DNA from: Macrostomum lignano
Lineage: Eukaryota
DNA: 64,000 nucleotides
Direction of reading: 5' to 3'
Assembly: GCA_002269645.1 (NCBI GenBank)
Contig: NIVC01002166.1
Span: 1-64,000, forward strand
In this document: piece by piece, positions 10,701 through 34,209 of the stretch
Layout of the letters: each line of letters begins with the position of its first letter
Numbering within the stretch: the stretch's first letter is position 1
The notes under the pieces: model-generated
What the model was told of the DNA's origin: nothing
Seen by the model: the letters and a program-made list of their open reading frames with translations, nothing else
Databases searched by the model: none
Made by a program: the position numbers and the translations under genes

Positions 10701-12568
10701 TTGCCTGGTGCGAGCAGCTGGCGGCCCCGGTGGCCCAGCTGGTGTTGAACCGTCGCCTGTCGGTCCGAGCGCTCCGGAGGTGCTCGGCCTGTGCCCCGGC
10801 ACCTGCGCCCTGGCCGGCGGCCAGCTGCTGGTCGGCGCCGCTGACAATGTTTTCCGCTGGCGCCCGGCGCCAACCTCGGCAAGCGCCAGCGCCGGCGCTG
10901 GACAAGCGCTGGGCGCGCCTCCGCCGGACTGGCTGGGCGACCGGGTCACCGCGGCCGCTGCCTGCGGATGGCGCGTCTTCTGCGGCCTCCGCTCCGGCCT
11001 GCTGCGCGTGTTCTCCGTAGCCGCCTCGTCCACCGGCTCCGCCGCGCCCGCCTCGTCCTCCGCGTCCGGGGCCCGCGGCCGGGCCGGCGGCCGGATCGAC
11101 TGGCTCGGCGAGGCGCCCGTGCCGCTGCTCGGCCACCGGTCGGCGGTCACCGCGGCGCACGCCTGCCCGGAGTTTGCGCTGCTCGCCACTGGCGACGCCG
11201 CCGGCCGCGTGCTGCTGTGGGACACTAACCAGGTGGCCTACGTGCGCTGCCTGCGACCTTCTGGTCCGCCCGTGGCCGCGCTGACCGCGTCGCCGACTCT
11301 GGCAGATGTGGCCGTGCTCGGACAGGTAAGGCTGAAGATCAAATAGGAGTCAGACTCAGTTAGGTTCAAGTTCATGTAGGCTGGTTAGAGTCAATGTCGG
11401 GTAGGTTCAAGGCTGGGTTGGGTCAAGGTCGGGTCGAGCCAAGATCGGGTAGGGTTAAGGTCGGGTAGGGTCAAGGTCTTGTAGGGTCAAGGTCGGGTAG
11501 GGTCAAGGTCTTGTAGGGTCAAGGTCTTGTAGGGTCAAGGTCGGGTAGGGTCAAGGTCGGGTAGGGTCAAGGTTGGGTAGGGTCAAGGTCTTGTAGGGTC
11601 AAGGTCGGGTAGGGTCAAGGTCTTGTAGGGTCAAGGTCTTGTAGGGTCAAGGTCGGGTAGGGTCAAGGTTTGGTAGGGTCAAGGTCGGGTAGGGTCAAGG
11701 TCTTGTAGGGTCAAGGTCTTGTAGGGTCAAGGTCGGGTAGGGTCAAGGTCGGGTAGGGTCAAGGTCGGGTAGGGTCAAGGTTTGGTAGGGTCAAGGTCGG
11801 GTAGGGTCAAGGTCGGGTAGGGTCAAGGTCTTGTAGGGTCAAGGTCCGGTAGGGTCAAGGCCGGATAGGGTCAAGGTCGGGTAGGGTCAAGGTCGGGTAG
11901 GGTCAAGGTCGGGTAGGGTCAAGGTCTTGTAGGGTCAAGGTCGGGTAGGGTCAAGGTCGGGTAGGGTCAAGGTCCGGTAGGGTCAAGGTCGGGTAGGGTC
12001 AAAGTCCGGTAGCGTCAAGGTCGGGTAGGGTCAAGGTCCGGTAGGGTCAAGGTCGGGTAGGGTCGAGGTCGGGTAGGGTCGGGTGAGCTGCTTTAATATT
12101 TATTACCCAATTAATTCCGTGCTCCACGGGCCGCAGGGCCAGGGCAGCCAGCTCACGGTGTACACCGCCAACGGAGCCCTAGTCGGTTCAGTCAGCAGCG
12201 GCGGCGGAGGTGGCGGCGGCGACCGGATCACCTGCGCCGTGTACAGCTCCCTGCCTGAGGGCCGCTTCATCAACTGTCTGGCAGTGGGCCTGAGCTCCGG
12301 CTGCGTCCGCCTGCTCAACAGCTGGGACCTGGGCGACCTGGCCTTCATCCGGCCCGGCTTAGCCTCGCCGGCGCCGCTCCTGGCGCTCGCCTTCTCGCGC
12401 GACTGTCGCCGTTTGTACGCGTCGGATCGGGACAATCGGGTCTTTGTGCTGGAGGCGCCGGTCGACCCCTACCTCAGCGGCGGAGGCGGCTCCGGAGGCG
12501 GCGGCGGCGGCGGAGGCGGCGGCATGGGTCAGAAAACTTCCAAGCAGCAGTTCGCCGCCTTCCTGTGA
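7702..12568 (+). CDS. LYST: Lysosomal trafficking regulator (LYST/CHS1): PH-BEACH-WD40 C-terminal part; the 5' exons lie upstream of the window
   Basis: Exons 7702-8629, 9640-9902, 10700-11325 and 12137-12568, all GT-AG and phase-compatible. LYST-type BEACH motifs: GRSYNDLMQYPVFPW, HYSNSGTVLHYLVR, DVKELIPEFF, WIDLIFGYKQ, RRAIETMIKTYGQTPKQLF. WD40 tail PEGRFINCLAVGLSSGCVRLLNSWDL. One apparent missing G near 10744. Confidence 0.93.
8660..9585. repeat. Intronic minisatellite, ~19-bp G-rich unit AGATTG(G/A)GGATCTGGGTTG
   Basis: Visible tandem array filling LYST intron 8630-9639. Confidence 0.93.
9985..10665. repeat. Intronic minisatellite, 28-bp unit GGGCCAGCCTCCCAGATCCTCAGTTTCT
   Basis: Visible tandem array in LYST intron 9903-10699. 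Confidence 0.93.
11400..12082. repeat. Intronic minisatellite, 16-bp unit GGGTAGGGTCAAGGTC
   Basis: Visible tandem array in the last LYST intron. Confidence 0.93.
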
Positions 12569-13497
12569 CCGCGGACGCGTGAAGTCGGGGTGTCAGGCGT
12601 TCAGCCGTGACCAGAATGGCTAAAGAGTCATTGCAAACAGCTCACTAGTGACTCTGAATAACTTTTTAGCGATTGCAAAGCGACTGAGAGGCGACTGTTG
12701 AGTCGAGAGCGCATCAAATTCGTCCAAGAGTCGCTTTGCTAGCGCTCAACCTTCTACTAACTGAAGTAGACTAAATAGAGTTGTTAGAAATGCGAAATCC
12801 AGCGACTCCAGCACGCCTCAGAGACCAATCTGCGGCCCCAGAGTCGCAGACAATGAAACGCCTGAAATTGACTCTATAAGGTCATAGGTATAAATTTAAT
12901 TAGGTCATGCTAAAGTGCATTGAATCTGGTCAATAATCTGCATGCTACTGATATAATTTCTCCTACAAAAAGCATAATAACGTACGAGCTATATATTACT
13001 TAGACATAGTAGTATCCAATGCAAATTAAAGCAGTTTTGTGTTGTATTTGGTTCTCAGTGCCCCGTTGCTATGTATTTGTGCCGTCATTCCCTGTGTACA
13101 TAAGCCAACTTTCCATGATTGCAAAGATTAGCCTAATCCTGCTAGTTGCTATGGCAATGCACTGACGCCTTATTGGTAAATGTTTTTTTGCTTATTTGGA
13201 TCGAATATTTTGTTATTTTTTATTTCCAAACTATTCTTTTTATTTTTTACTGCATTACCGTTTTTCGTATCAATCGATCAATCAAATTGCACTGTAATGA
13301 GCAGCTCCTCAATACCGGACATTATTTTGTATTGCAGTTTTCCTAAAACTTCACTTGATTCACAGCAACGCGTCAAATACAGAGAGACTGCACTCCTTGA
13401 TTCTGTAATGCCGTTGTACTATCGCAGTTTTATAATTGAACCTCTGACTGAATCTTTGAGTTGCATTTCTGACTGAAATCACATTTGGGGGCTTCAG

Positions 13498-15105
13498 TGG
13501 AGGTCAGTAACTAAACAGCTGACAAGATTGAGGTCAGTAACCAAACAGCTGACCAGATTGAGGTCAGTAACTAAACAGCTGACCAGATTGAGGTCAGTAA
13601 CTAAACAGCTGACCAGATTGAGGTCAGTAACTAAACAGCTGACCAGATAATTAAAGTCAGTACCTAAACAGCTGATCAGATTGAGGTCAGTAACCAAACA
13701 GCTGACAAGATTGAGGTCAGTAACTAAACAGCTGACCAGATTGAGGTCAGTAACTAAACAGCTGACCAGATTGAGGTCAGTAACTAAACAGCTGACAAGA
13801 TTGAGGTCAGTAACTAAACAGCTGACCAGATTGAGGTCAGTAACTAAACAGCTGACCAGATTGAGGTCAGTAACTAAACAGCTGACCAGATAATTAAAGT
13901 CAGTAACTAAACAGCTGACCAGATAATTAAAGTCAGTAACTAAACAGCTGACTAGATTGAGTTCAGTACCTAAACAGCTGACCAGATTGAGGTCAGTACC
14001 TAAACAGCTGACCAGATTGAGGTCAGTACCTAAACAGCTGACCAGATTGAGGTCAGTACCTAAACAGCTGACCAGATTGAGGCCAGTAACTAAACAGCTG
14101 ACCAGATTGAGGTCAGTACCTAAACAGCTGACCAGATTGAGGCCAGTAACTAAACAGCTGACCAGATTGAGTTCAGTACCTAAACAGCTGACCAGATTGA
14201 GGTCAGTAACTAAACAGCTGACCAGATAATTATAGTCAGTAACTAAACAGCTGACCAGATTGAGTTCAGTACCTAAACAGCTGACCAGATTGAGGTCAGT
14301 ACCTAAACAGCTGACCAGATTGAGGTCAGTAACTAAACAGCTGACCAGATAATTATAGTCAGTAACTAAACAGCTGACCAGATTGAGTTCAGTACCTAAA
14401 CAGCTGACCAGATTGAGGTCAGTACCTAAACAGCTGACCAGATTGAGGTCAGTACCTAAACAGCTGACCAGATTGAGGCCAGTAACTAAACAGTTGACAA
14501 GATTGAGGTCAGTAACTAAACAGCTGACAAGATTGAGGTCAGTACCTAAACAGCTGACCAGATTGAGGTCAGTAACTAAACAGCTGACCAGATAATTATA
14601 GTCAGTAACTAAACAGCTGACCAGATTGAGTTCAGTACCTAAACAGCTGACCAGATTGAGGTCAGTACCTAAACAGCTGACCAGATTGAGGTCAGTACCT
14701 AAACAGCTGACCAGATTGAGGCCAGTAACTAAACAGTTGACAAGATTGAGGTCAGTAACTAAACAGCTGACAAGATTGAGGTCAGTAACTAAACAGCTGA
14801 CAAGATTGAGGTCAGTACCTAAACAGCTGACAAGATTGAGGTCAGTAACTAAACAGCTGACAAGATTGAGGTCAGTAACTAAACAGCTGACAAGATTGAG
14901 GTCAGTACCTAAACAGCTGACAAGATTGAGGTCAGTAACTAAACAGCTGACAAGATTGAGGTCAGTAACTAAACAGCTGACAAGATTGAGGTCAGTACCT
15001 AAACAGCTGACAAGATTGAGGTCAGTACCTAAACAGCTGACCAAATTGAGTTCAGTAACTAAACAGCTGACCAGATTGAGTTCACAGCTGACCAGATTGA
15101 GTTCA
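13498..15105. repeat. Intergenic minisatellite, 30-bp unit TGAGGTCAGTAACTAAACAGCTGACCAGAT
   Basis: About 50 near-identical units between the convergent 3' ends of LYST and ADAM. Explains ORF 13494..15044. Confidence 0.95.
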
Positions 15106-15256
15106 AGAGCTTAGCAATTGTATATTTTTAGGCGATCCTAACTGACTAAATTCCAGTATAAGTGCAGTGCATTTGCACTCGAGAAGGCATTAAGCTAAAT
15201 CTATAATGTTTCCTATTTCTGCTAAGTATGCATCGAATTCAGTCCTAAATCTGTCA

Positions 15257-27444
<12,188 letters not shown>

Positions 27445-28904
27445 AACTTCTGCAGAGACAACGCGCCCTAAGCAGGAAGCTCAGAAAAGCAACACTGTTA
27501 TTGAGAGAGCTGCATCAGTAGCTTTCTACTGTTTACGGGTCTTTTGTGTCCGACCGTGCGCACACCGACCATCTGTGAACTCTTGGCCACGCAGCTGCCT
27601 TCTCGATGTCTATTCATTTTTTTGTTCAAGTGAGCGTGCTTGTGAGCTTTAGCCTGTGGAACGCAGAATACAGAGGTTTGTGTGTTTATTTTATTTTTTT
27701 AGCGCTTGCCCGGCCATAACCCACTTGCAGAAATTCTTACTGGCGCAACGCATGACTGCACGAGCTTCATTTACACTAGTTAGGGCACACTCTAAATGCT
27801 CTACTTGTAGATTTAAAACAAAATTATTATTTGCCTCGTAGGCACCCTGCTTTCTGGCTAAAAAGGCTAAATTACAAGCTTAGTTGATTAGGCTTTTAGT
27901 TAGATTAAATGTTGACCCATCTCACGTGGGTTTAATATGTTAACCCATATATTTAAACAAACTTGCACTTAAAATTAAGGACTTCTGTTCAATTATCGAC
28001 TATCAATATCAAATGACTCGCCTACCGACGTATGAAATTTAAACGACGCTTCCGGTAAGCTTGACGAGAGCGAAAACGTATCCTTACATACACTAAACTA
28101 GAAGCGAAATAGCGAAATGTTTTTGCAGAAACTCACCTTTTTGGCACGACTAATTGCAAAGCAGGCAAAAAATGTAGCCAGAACTGGCACAGCTACTTAG
28201 AGTAAGAGTAATATGAGAGAAATATCCTACCTATTTTTTCATATTTTACCCTCCTCACTCTGCTACCTCTATAGAACTCAACTAGCAATCTGCAACAAAG
28301 AAAGAAAAGATTTTTTTAAAACTGTATGCAATGTGCATTTAACCCATTGTACGAGTGCAGTCACTATTGTAAACTTTTTTACAGAAAGTGATGTTTAAAG
28401 CGAAATAGCAACCGCCATGAAAGCCAGCTACCTATAGTCTATGATATCAGCATCCCCGATGAGCCTTGACATCTCAACAATTTCCCACATGAGTCTTTTA
28501 TGGCTGACAGTACAATCAACCATGAAACCAGACCTAGCCAGCTGAATCCATCAGTCTCGCATGCAATAGCGGTTTTAAAGCCAATTAAAAGCAAAATGCG
28601 GATTCCACGCCTTCCGAATCCTCAAGCAACCTAAATTTAGCTTTCTTCCACTCCACTTGTAAGCAGCCTCCCTAAGACTCCAAAAAAGTCTTCATCTACT
28701 TGCTGGTGTACAAATAATTCATTATTTTCTAAGACACCGACTCCAAATTTCCAGATATGGCCATGTTCAACTAATCCTAATCCTGTCGCATTTAAACTGA
28801 AGACTTTCAGGAACTCACAAAACTTCTTAATGCGAGCACTCACGAAAAACTCTTCTCTATCCTAGTTGCTAAAGCCGTACCTGTAGACTAGATAGGAACC
28901 ACTG

Positions 28905-29700
28905 ATGTGTAGCCGTCTCACTGCTCTGATAGCTGCTGTGGTGGCCGCTCTGCTGGTCTCCGGGTCGCTGTGCCAGCGCAGAGCCACTCCGGTCTACGTG
29001 GGCTGCTTTGTTGACAGAGCGTCACCCAACAGGGACTTGCTGGGCCTCGTTGGCATCGCCCAGATCGGCCCATTCAGCAAAAACCCTGGCGTTTTGCGGC
29101 GAGCTGACATGACGGTAGAGCTGTGCAGCGAGATCTGCGCCTATGGCGGCTTCCGGTACTTTGGAGTGCAGCATTACAGAGCCTGCCACTGCGACTCCAG
29201 CTACGGCTCCTGGGGTCCGGCGCCAGAGTCCGAGTGCAGCCAGCACTGCCTTGGGAATCCAGCGCAGGTGTGCGGCGGCGGTTGGCGAAACTCCATCTAC
29301 GAGAATGCATACTCGATGGGTGAGTGCAGTGGTAACTGCTACAATTAGTTTCTTCTGCCCGATTTTGAATTTCTACATCTGGAGTTATTTGATGGTGTAA
29401 AATAGTGTCACAGCTGTCAAGGGATTTCAATTTCACCTGCTCCGCTTTCAAGATCTTAGAAATGTTCGATTTCGCAAGTTCGCCGCCTCTGCTGCTCCAA
29501 AGCTGGTCACCACTGCCGGATTCGCCGGCTCCCTGGGCTGGGACGTCAGGATGCAGAGCCTATCTGACTGCGCCGTCTTCTGTATCCAGTCTGCCAGCTG
29601 CTCCTCCTTTCGCTTCAACAGCAGCAGCGGCCTCTGCCGCCTCAGCATCTTCGCCACCGCCTTCGTCAACGATACTGGCGATGTGTGGATCATCGGCTGA
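28905..29700 (+). CDS. Secreted WSC-domain plus PAN/apple-like domain protein, 2 exons
   Basis: Exon 28905-29319 has a signal peptide and a WSC domain (YVGCF, MTVELCSEIC, YFGVQ, CHC, C...C.GN..QVCGG). Donor G|GTGAGT, acceptor TTTCAAG|. Exon 29453-29700 encodes DCAVFCIQSASCSSFRFNSSSGLCRL and ends at TGA 29698-29700. Confidence 0.85.
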
Positions 29701-30087
29701 AGCTACACTGAATCTGGGGCCGGCTTCCCAGAGTTTCCGCTGAACAATTCTCATCTTGTCGAAATTGGTTCAGTTTTTTGGCAAGGTCTAAATCAGATTT
29801 ACTGAAACAGATTTTCGGAGTTTAACTTACGTTATTATCATTAAGGACGCTTAACACGTCTGGAAAGTAGTATAGTTTAAGAAATTCTGCGTTTTTCTTG
29901 AAGCAGCCACAAAGGCAGAATTCATTGCCACTTAGGAAATAAACAAAAAATAGTGGACTATATAGATTAGTAGCGCTTTTCGTTTTTTTACTTAACGATA
30001 ACATAATGATAATTCAAACACATCGATGCTACGAGCTAATGGTTCATACGTTATCTGATGCCCTGTTTCAGATCCCAAAGATCCCAA

Positions 30088-31370
30088 AGACTGAAAACTG
30101 CTCGGTAGTTAGTTTCCACAACCTAGAACCCAACGGAGCTGATTCGACTGAAAACTACTCGGTAGTTAGTTTCCACAACCTAGAATCCAACGGAGCTGAT
30201 TCGACTGAAAACTGCTCGGTAGTTAGTTTCCACAACCTAGAACCCAACGGAGCTAATTCGACTGCAAACTGCTCGGTAGTTAGTTTCCACAACCTAGAAC
30301 CCAACGGAGCTGATTCGACTGAAAACTGCTCGGTAGTTAGTTTCCACAACCTAGAACCCAACGGAGCTGATTCGACTGAAAACTGCTCGGTAGTTAGTTT
30401 CCACAACCTAGAACCCAACGGAGCTAATTCGACTGAAAACTGCTCGGTAGTTAGTTTCCACAACCTAGAACCCAACGGAGCTGATTCGACTGAAAACTAC
30501 TCGGTAGTTAGTTTCCACAACCTAGAACCCAACGGAGCTGATTCGACTGAAAACTGCTCGGTAGTTAGTTTCCACAACCTAGAATCCAACGGAGCTGATT
30601 CGACTGAAAACTGCTCGGTAGTTAGTTTCCACAACCTAGAACCCAACGGAGCTAATTCGACTGAAAACTACTCGGTAGTTAGTTTCCACAACCTAGAACC
30701 CAACGGAGCTGATTCGACTGAAAACTGCTCGGTAGTTAGTTTCCACAACCTAGAACCCAACGGAGCTGATTCGACTGAAAACTGCTCGGTAGTTAGTTTC
30801 CACAACCTAGAATCCAACGGAGCTGATTCGACTGAAAACTGCTCGGTAGTTAGTTTCCACAACCTAGAACCCAACGGAGCTAATTCGACTGAAAACTACT
30901 CGGTAGTTAGTTTCCACAACCTAGAACCCAACGGAGCTGATTCGACTGAAAACTGCTCGGTAGTTAGTTTCCACAACCTAGAATCCAACGGAGCTGATTC
31001 GACTGAAAACTACTCGGTAGTTAGTTTCCACAACCTAGAACCCAACGGAGCTGATTCGACTGAAAACTGCTCGGTAGTTAGTTTCCACAACCTAGAACCC
31101 AACGGAGCTAATTCGACTGAAAACTACTCGGTAGTTAGTTTCCACAACCTAGAACCCAACGGAGCTGATTCGACTGAAAACTGCTCGGTAGTTAGTTTCC
31201 ACAACCTAGAATCCAACGGAGCTGATTCGACTGAAAACTACTCGGTAGTTAGTTTCCACAACCTAGAATCCAACGGAGCTAATTCGACTGAAAACTGCTC
31301 GGTAGTTAGTTTCCACAACCTAGAATCCAACGGAGCTAATTCGACTGAAAACTGCTCGGTAGTTAGTTTT
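30088..31370. repeat. Minisatellite, 57-bp unit, about 22 copies
   Basis: Unit GACTGAAAACTGCTCGGTAGTTAGTTTCCACAACCTAGAACCCAACGGAGCTGATTC. Explains ORF 30006..31433. Confidence 0.95.
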
Positions 31371-32284
31371 CCAAGAACCACTAGAAGTCACTGTTGTAAC
31401 GGTACAACACAACGATACAACGGTTACTTCTAGCGGTCCTTGTGCTTTACTTTCAAGGGTCAGCAATGCAATGCGTTAATAAGCGTCGGGTTCACCAATT
31501 GTCATAATCGGAGGAGGGATCTGTTGAATCGACAGGGAGAGTGGAATGCCTGTCTTCTTGCAGAGCCTAATAGCCCTCTATCAGCGAGCCTGTATCAGCT
31601 CTGACATTGTTTAACTGAAGTCACAGTGACTAATGGCTTCATCATCTCGTAGACTCTGTTAATGTTCAGTTTATTGACACACACAGCTTCTGCCTAACAC
31701 CCCACACATTTTTCATCAGCTTTAAAGAGACTGAGAAACGTCCAAAAAGTGCTTGGAAAGCAAATGAAAAATGACTGAAGTTGGCTTAAGTAACTGTTGA
31801 GTCGTCAGCAGTATTTATAAGTTATCAGATCATTTGCTTTTAGTGCCCCGGCACTTTTGTCGTTTCCCAGTCAATTCTAGATGCTTTTTGTCTCGGAGAA
31901 GCATTCAAGAAGACAAAATAGTGCCTTGTTTAATTAAAACAGGGATGTTTAGTGATTGGAATAGCAATTTTAACAAAATTCTATTCAAAATAAAGAAGTT
32001 TCACTTTTGTTGTAGTGATAGAAGTATTATTTGTGCTGTGGTTATCTATGTGGATGAGAAAGCAGATTTGGTTAAAAGAAACTGGTCATCCAGACCCTGA
32101 AATATTTCCAAAAAGTCAACTCTTGATTTTTGGGACTGGGAATTGGCTCTTGAACTCTTGATTAAAGGAGTTATTCTCAATGCTGTCAAATTCATTCCTT
32201 CCTGACTAACAGATTTCACTCGCAGTATCATAGCACGCAGACTTCTAGATTTTGCACTCCTAAAATCTTCAAAAGCCTGAGTCA

Positions 32285-32545
32285 CGCTTCGGTCTCAAGT
32301 GTTAGGAGACTCTCTTGACTCTCGACTCCTGATCCTAGCTTCATAGCACGCACTTCGGTCTCAAGTGTTAGGAGACTCTCTTGACTCTCGACTCCTGATC
32401 CTAGCCTCATAGCACGCACTTCGGTCTCAAGTGTTAGGAGACTCTCTTGACTCTCGACTCCTGATCCTAGCCTCATAGCACGCACTTCGGTCTCAAGTGT
32501 TAGGAGACTCTCTTGACTCTCGACTCCTAATCCTAGCTTCATAGC
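32285..32545. repeat. Tandem repeat, 66-bp unit, 4 copies
   Basis: cttcggtctcaagtgttaggagactctc recurs at 32287, 32353 and every 66 bp after. Confidence 0.9.
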
Positions 32546-33003
32546 ACCGCGGGCTTCTGCCACGGACACAAAAGCATGCACAGACAACAAAGATACTCAA
32601 TGTCAAACATGTCAATGTCATCCTGCATACAAACACTCCGGTTAGCGCTCAGTTTTTATCTGCATCGCTGCTGAATTCAATAATTCTCCCCCCAGGACTA
32701 TAATAATCTATTTCAATTTTCAAAGCTCTAAACTGATGGTAGGAAGAGCCGATTCTCATGTACAGTACAGACCAGGGATGCGTACTCTGTCATGATGGGA
32801 GAACAATGCGAACAATTCCTTTCCTGAGATGGAAAGGAAAGAGAGATAGACGTGGCATCCACAGCCCAGCCTGGGACTAGTGCTTCTACTGGTATATATT
32901 ATTCTGAATAGGAAGGCTCCGGTTCTCACTCTGGCACGTGTGGAACAAGTGTGCTTCATCAACCGGTTCCGATCCAGTCTCAGATTTTGTCCCAGCCGCC
33001 TCG

Positions 33004-34209
33004 ATGCGTCAATCAGCCCAGTGGAGCACTCTGCGCCATCTGACTATCATTCTCCTCCTTGCTGGCTCTTTACTGTATTGGTGGAATAGTTATCCCAGCG
33101 AACTATTGACTGCTGGTGACTCTGGTGAGGCATTTGCCCCCAGTAGCAGGCAGGAAAGTCAGGTGCTGCAAAAACACCACAGCAAGATCGACTTGGACAC
33201 CAATGCAGCAGCTGTTGGTCCCGAGCAAAGTCTCAACCAGATTAAGAAGGCAGTTGCTGCAAAAGCGTTGAGCGAGAGCAATCAAAAAGCAATTAAAACT
33301 TTCTCTGCTCATCAAAACTCGACAACGATAAAAGTTGTATTGAATCAATCACAGGAAACTGCTCAGCCAGCTCCAGGAACTGAAGCCACCCTACAAACGC
33401 TTCATACTACAGACAAAAGCTCAATTAATAGCGTCACTAATAACTCATGGATCAACAATCTGTGCCGCAAGGGCGGTGTCAAATCTGGAGCGGTGTTTCT
33501 GGTGATGAGCGCCCTGTCTCGGGAGGCTGAAGCACAACGGGCAGCGATATTGTCCACCTGGGGCGCTGAGCTGCAGCACCAGCGTCGGCTTGTCTTCTAC
33601 GCGCCGATTCTTCCATCCGATGCCGCGCAAGAATCGGTTCAGAGCGACCTGCTGACGATTCGGTCTCCGGCCGGAGAAAACCGCATCCTCGCCGGCCTCG
33701 TCTGGCTGCGTGCCCGCTGTCCGATGGCTCGAGCTATTGTCCTGGCCTGCGATCGGTCCTTCTGGAGCCTGAGTCGACTAAATACGTTTTTGAATTCACG
33801 CCGGTTCGATGCCACACTCAAGTCTGTTTACGGCTGGTGGCCAAAACCAGCCACTCAGTCACTTTTAGCCGCTCAGCCTGGCTTCATTTTTACAGGCCCC
33901 GCTGTGGACGCCCTCAAGCTAGCGGCAGCGCAGTTGGTCAAAGATGATGCATCTGCAGGACAAATCCCTGTGACGAAACCGCTCACAGAGCTCGCTGGGG
34001 TTGGTACCGTCCAGCTGAGCAGCGAGCTGGTGCAGGCGTCTTCGGATCGGCCGTTTCGAATTGCTACCCTGGCTTGCGGCTTCAAGAACGGTCGGTTAAT
34101 GTCGGTCAACGGTCTCGGCGCTGGGCGCAAGATGAAGCTGTGGCGCATATTTCATTTTCCGGGACTCAAGTGCTTCAGAGATAGGCAAAGAAAACACCGG
34201 AAGCATTAG
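33004..34209 (+). CDS. Type II membrane protein, GT31 (beta-1,3-galactosyltransferase/Fringe)-like with degenerate catalytic motifs, single exon
   Basis: Short tail and TM (LTIILLLAGSLLYWW), S/T/Q-rich stem, then VFLVMS...QRAAILSTWG, VWLRARCP.A.AIVLACDRSFW and GFIFTGPAVDAL in the GT31 motif order. Confidence 0.6.
   Translation: MRQSAQWSTLRHLTIILLLAGSLLYWWNSYPSELLTAGDSGEAFAPSSRQESQVLQKHHSKIDLDTNAAAVGPEQSLNQIKKAVAAKALSESNQKAIKTFSAHQNSTTIKVVLNQSQETAQPAPGTEATLQTLHTTDKSSINSVTNNSWINNLCRKGGVKSGAVFLVMSALSREAEAQRAAILSTWGAELQHQRRLVFYAPILPSDAAQESVQSDLLTIRSPAGENRILAGLVWLRARCPMARAIVLACDRSFWSLSRLNTFLNSRRFDATLKSVYGWWPKPATQSLLAAQPGFIFTGPAVDALKLAAAQLVKDDASAGQIPVTKPLTELAGVGTVQLSSELVQASSDRPFRIATLACGFKNGRLMSVNGLGAGRKMKLWRIFHFPGLKCFRDRQRKHRKH

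Noticed and set aside
13494-15044. Long repetitive ORFs (13494..15044, 47394..49016, 58382..59305, 25667-26718, 52977-53652 and others)
   Set aside because: These are translations of tandem repeats with no unique coding sequence, mostly inside introns defined by flanking exons.
28410-28860. Weak copia-RT-like string SLLWLT...KPDLAS
   Set aside because: It is surrounded by stops, and I found no YVDD or RNase H motifs and no LTRs.
30006-31433. 475-aa ORF of 19-aa repeats with an acceptor-like TTTCAG at ~30070
   Set aside because: The unit variants I could see (C/Y, P/S, D/N, E/A) are all non-synonymous, so there is no sign of coding constraint. The neighbouring WSC gene already has a stop codon.
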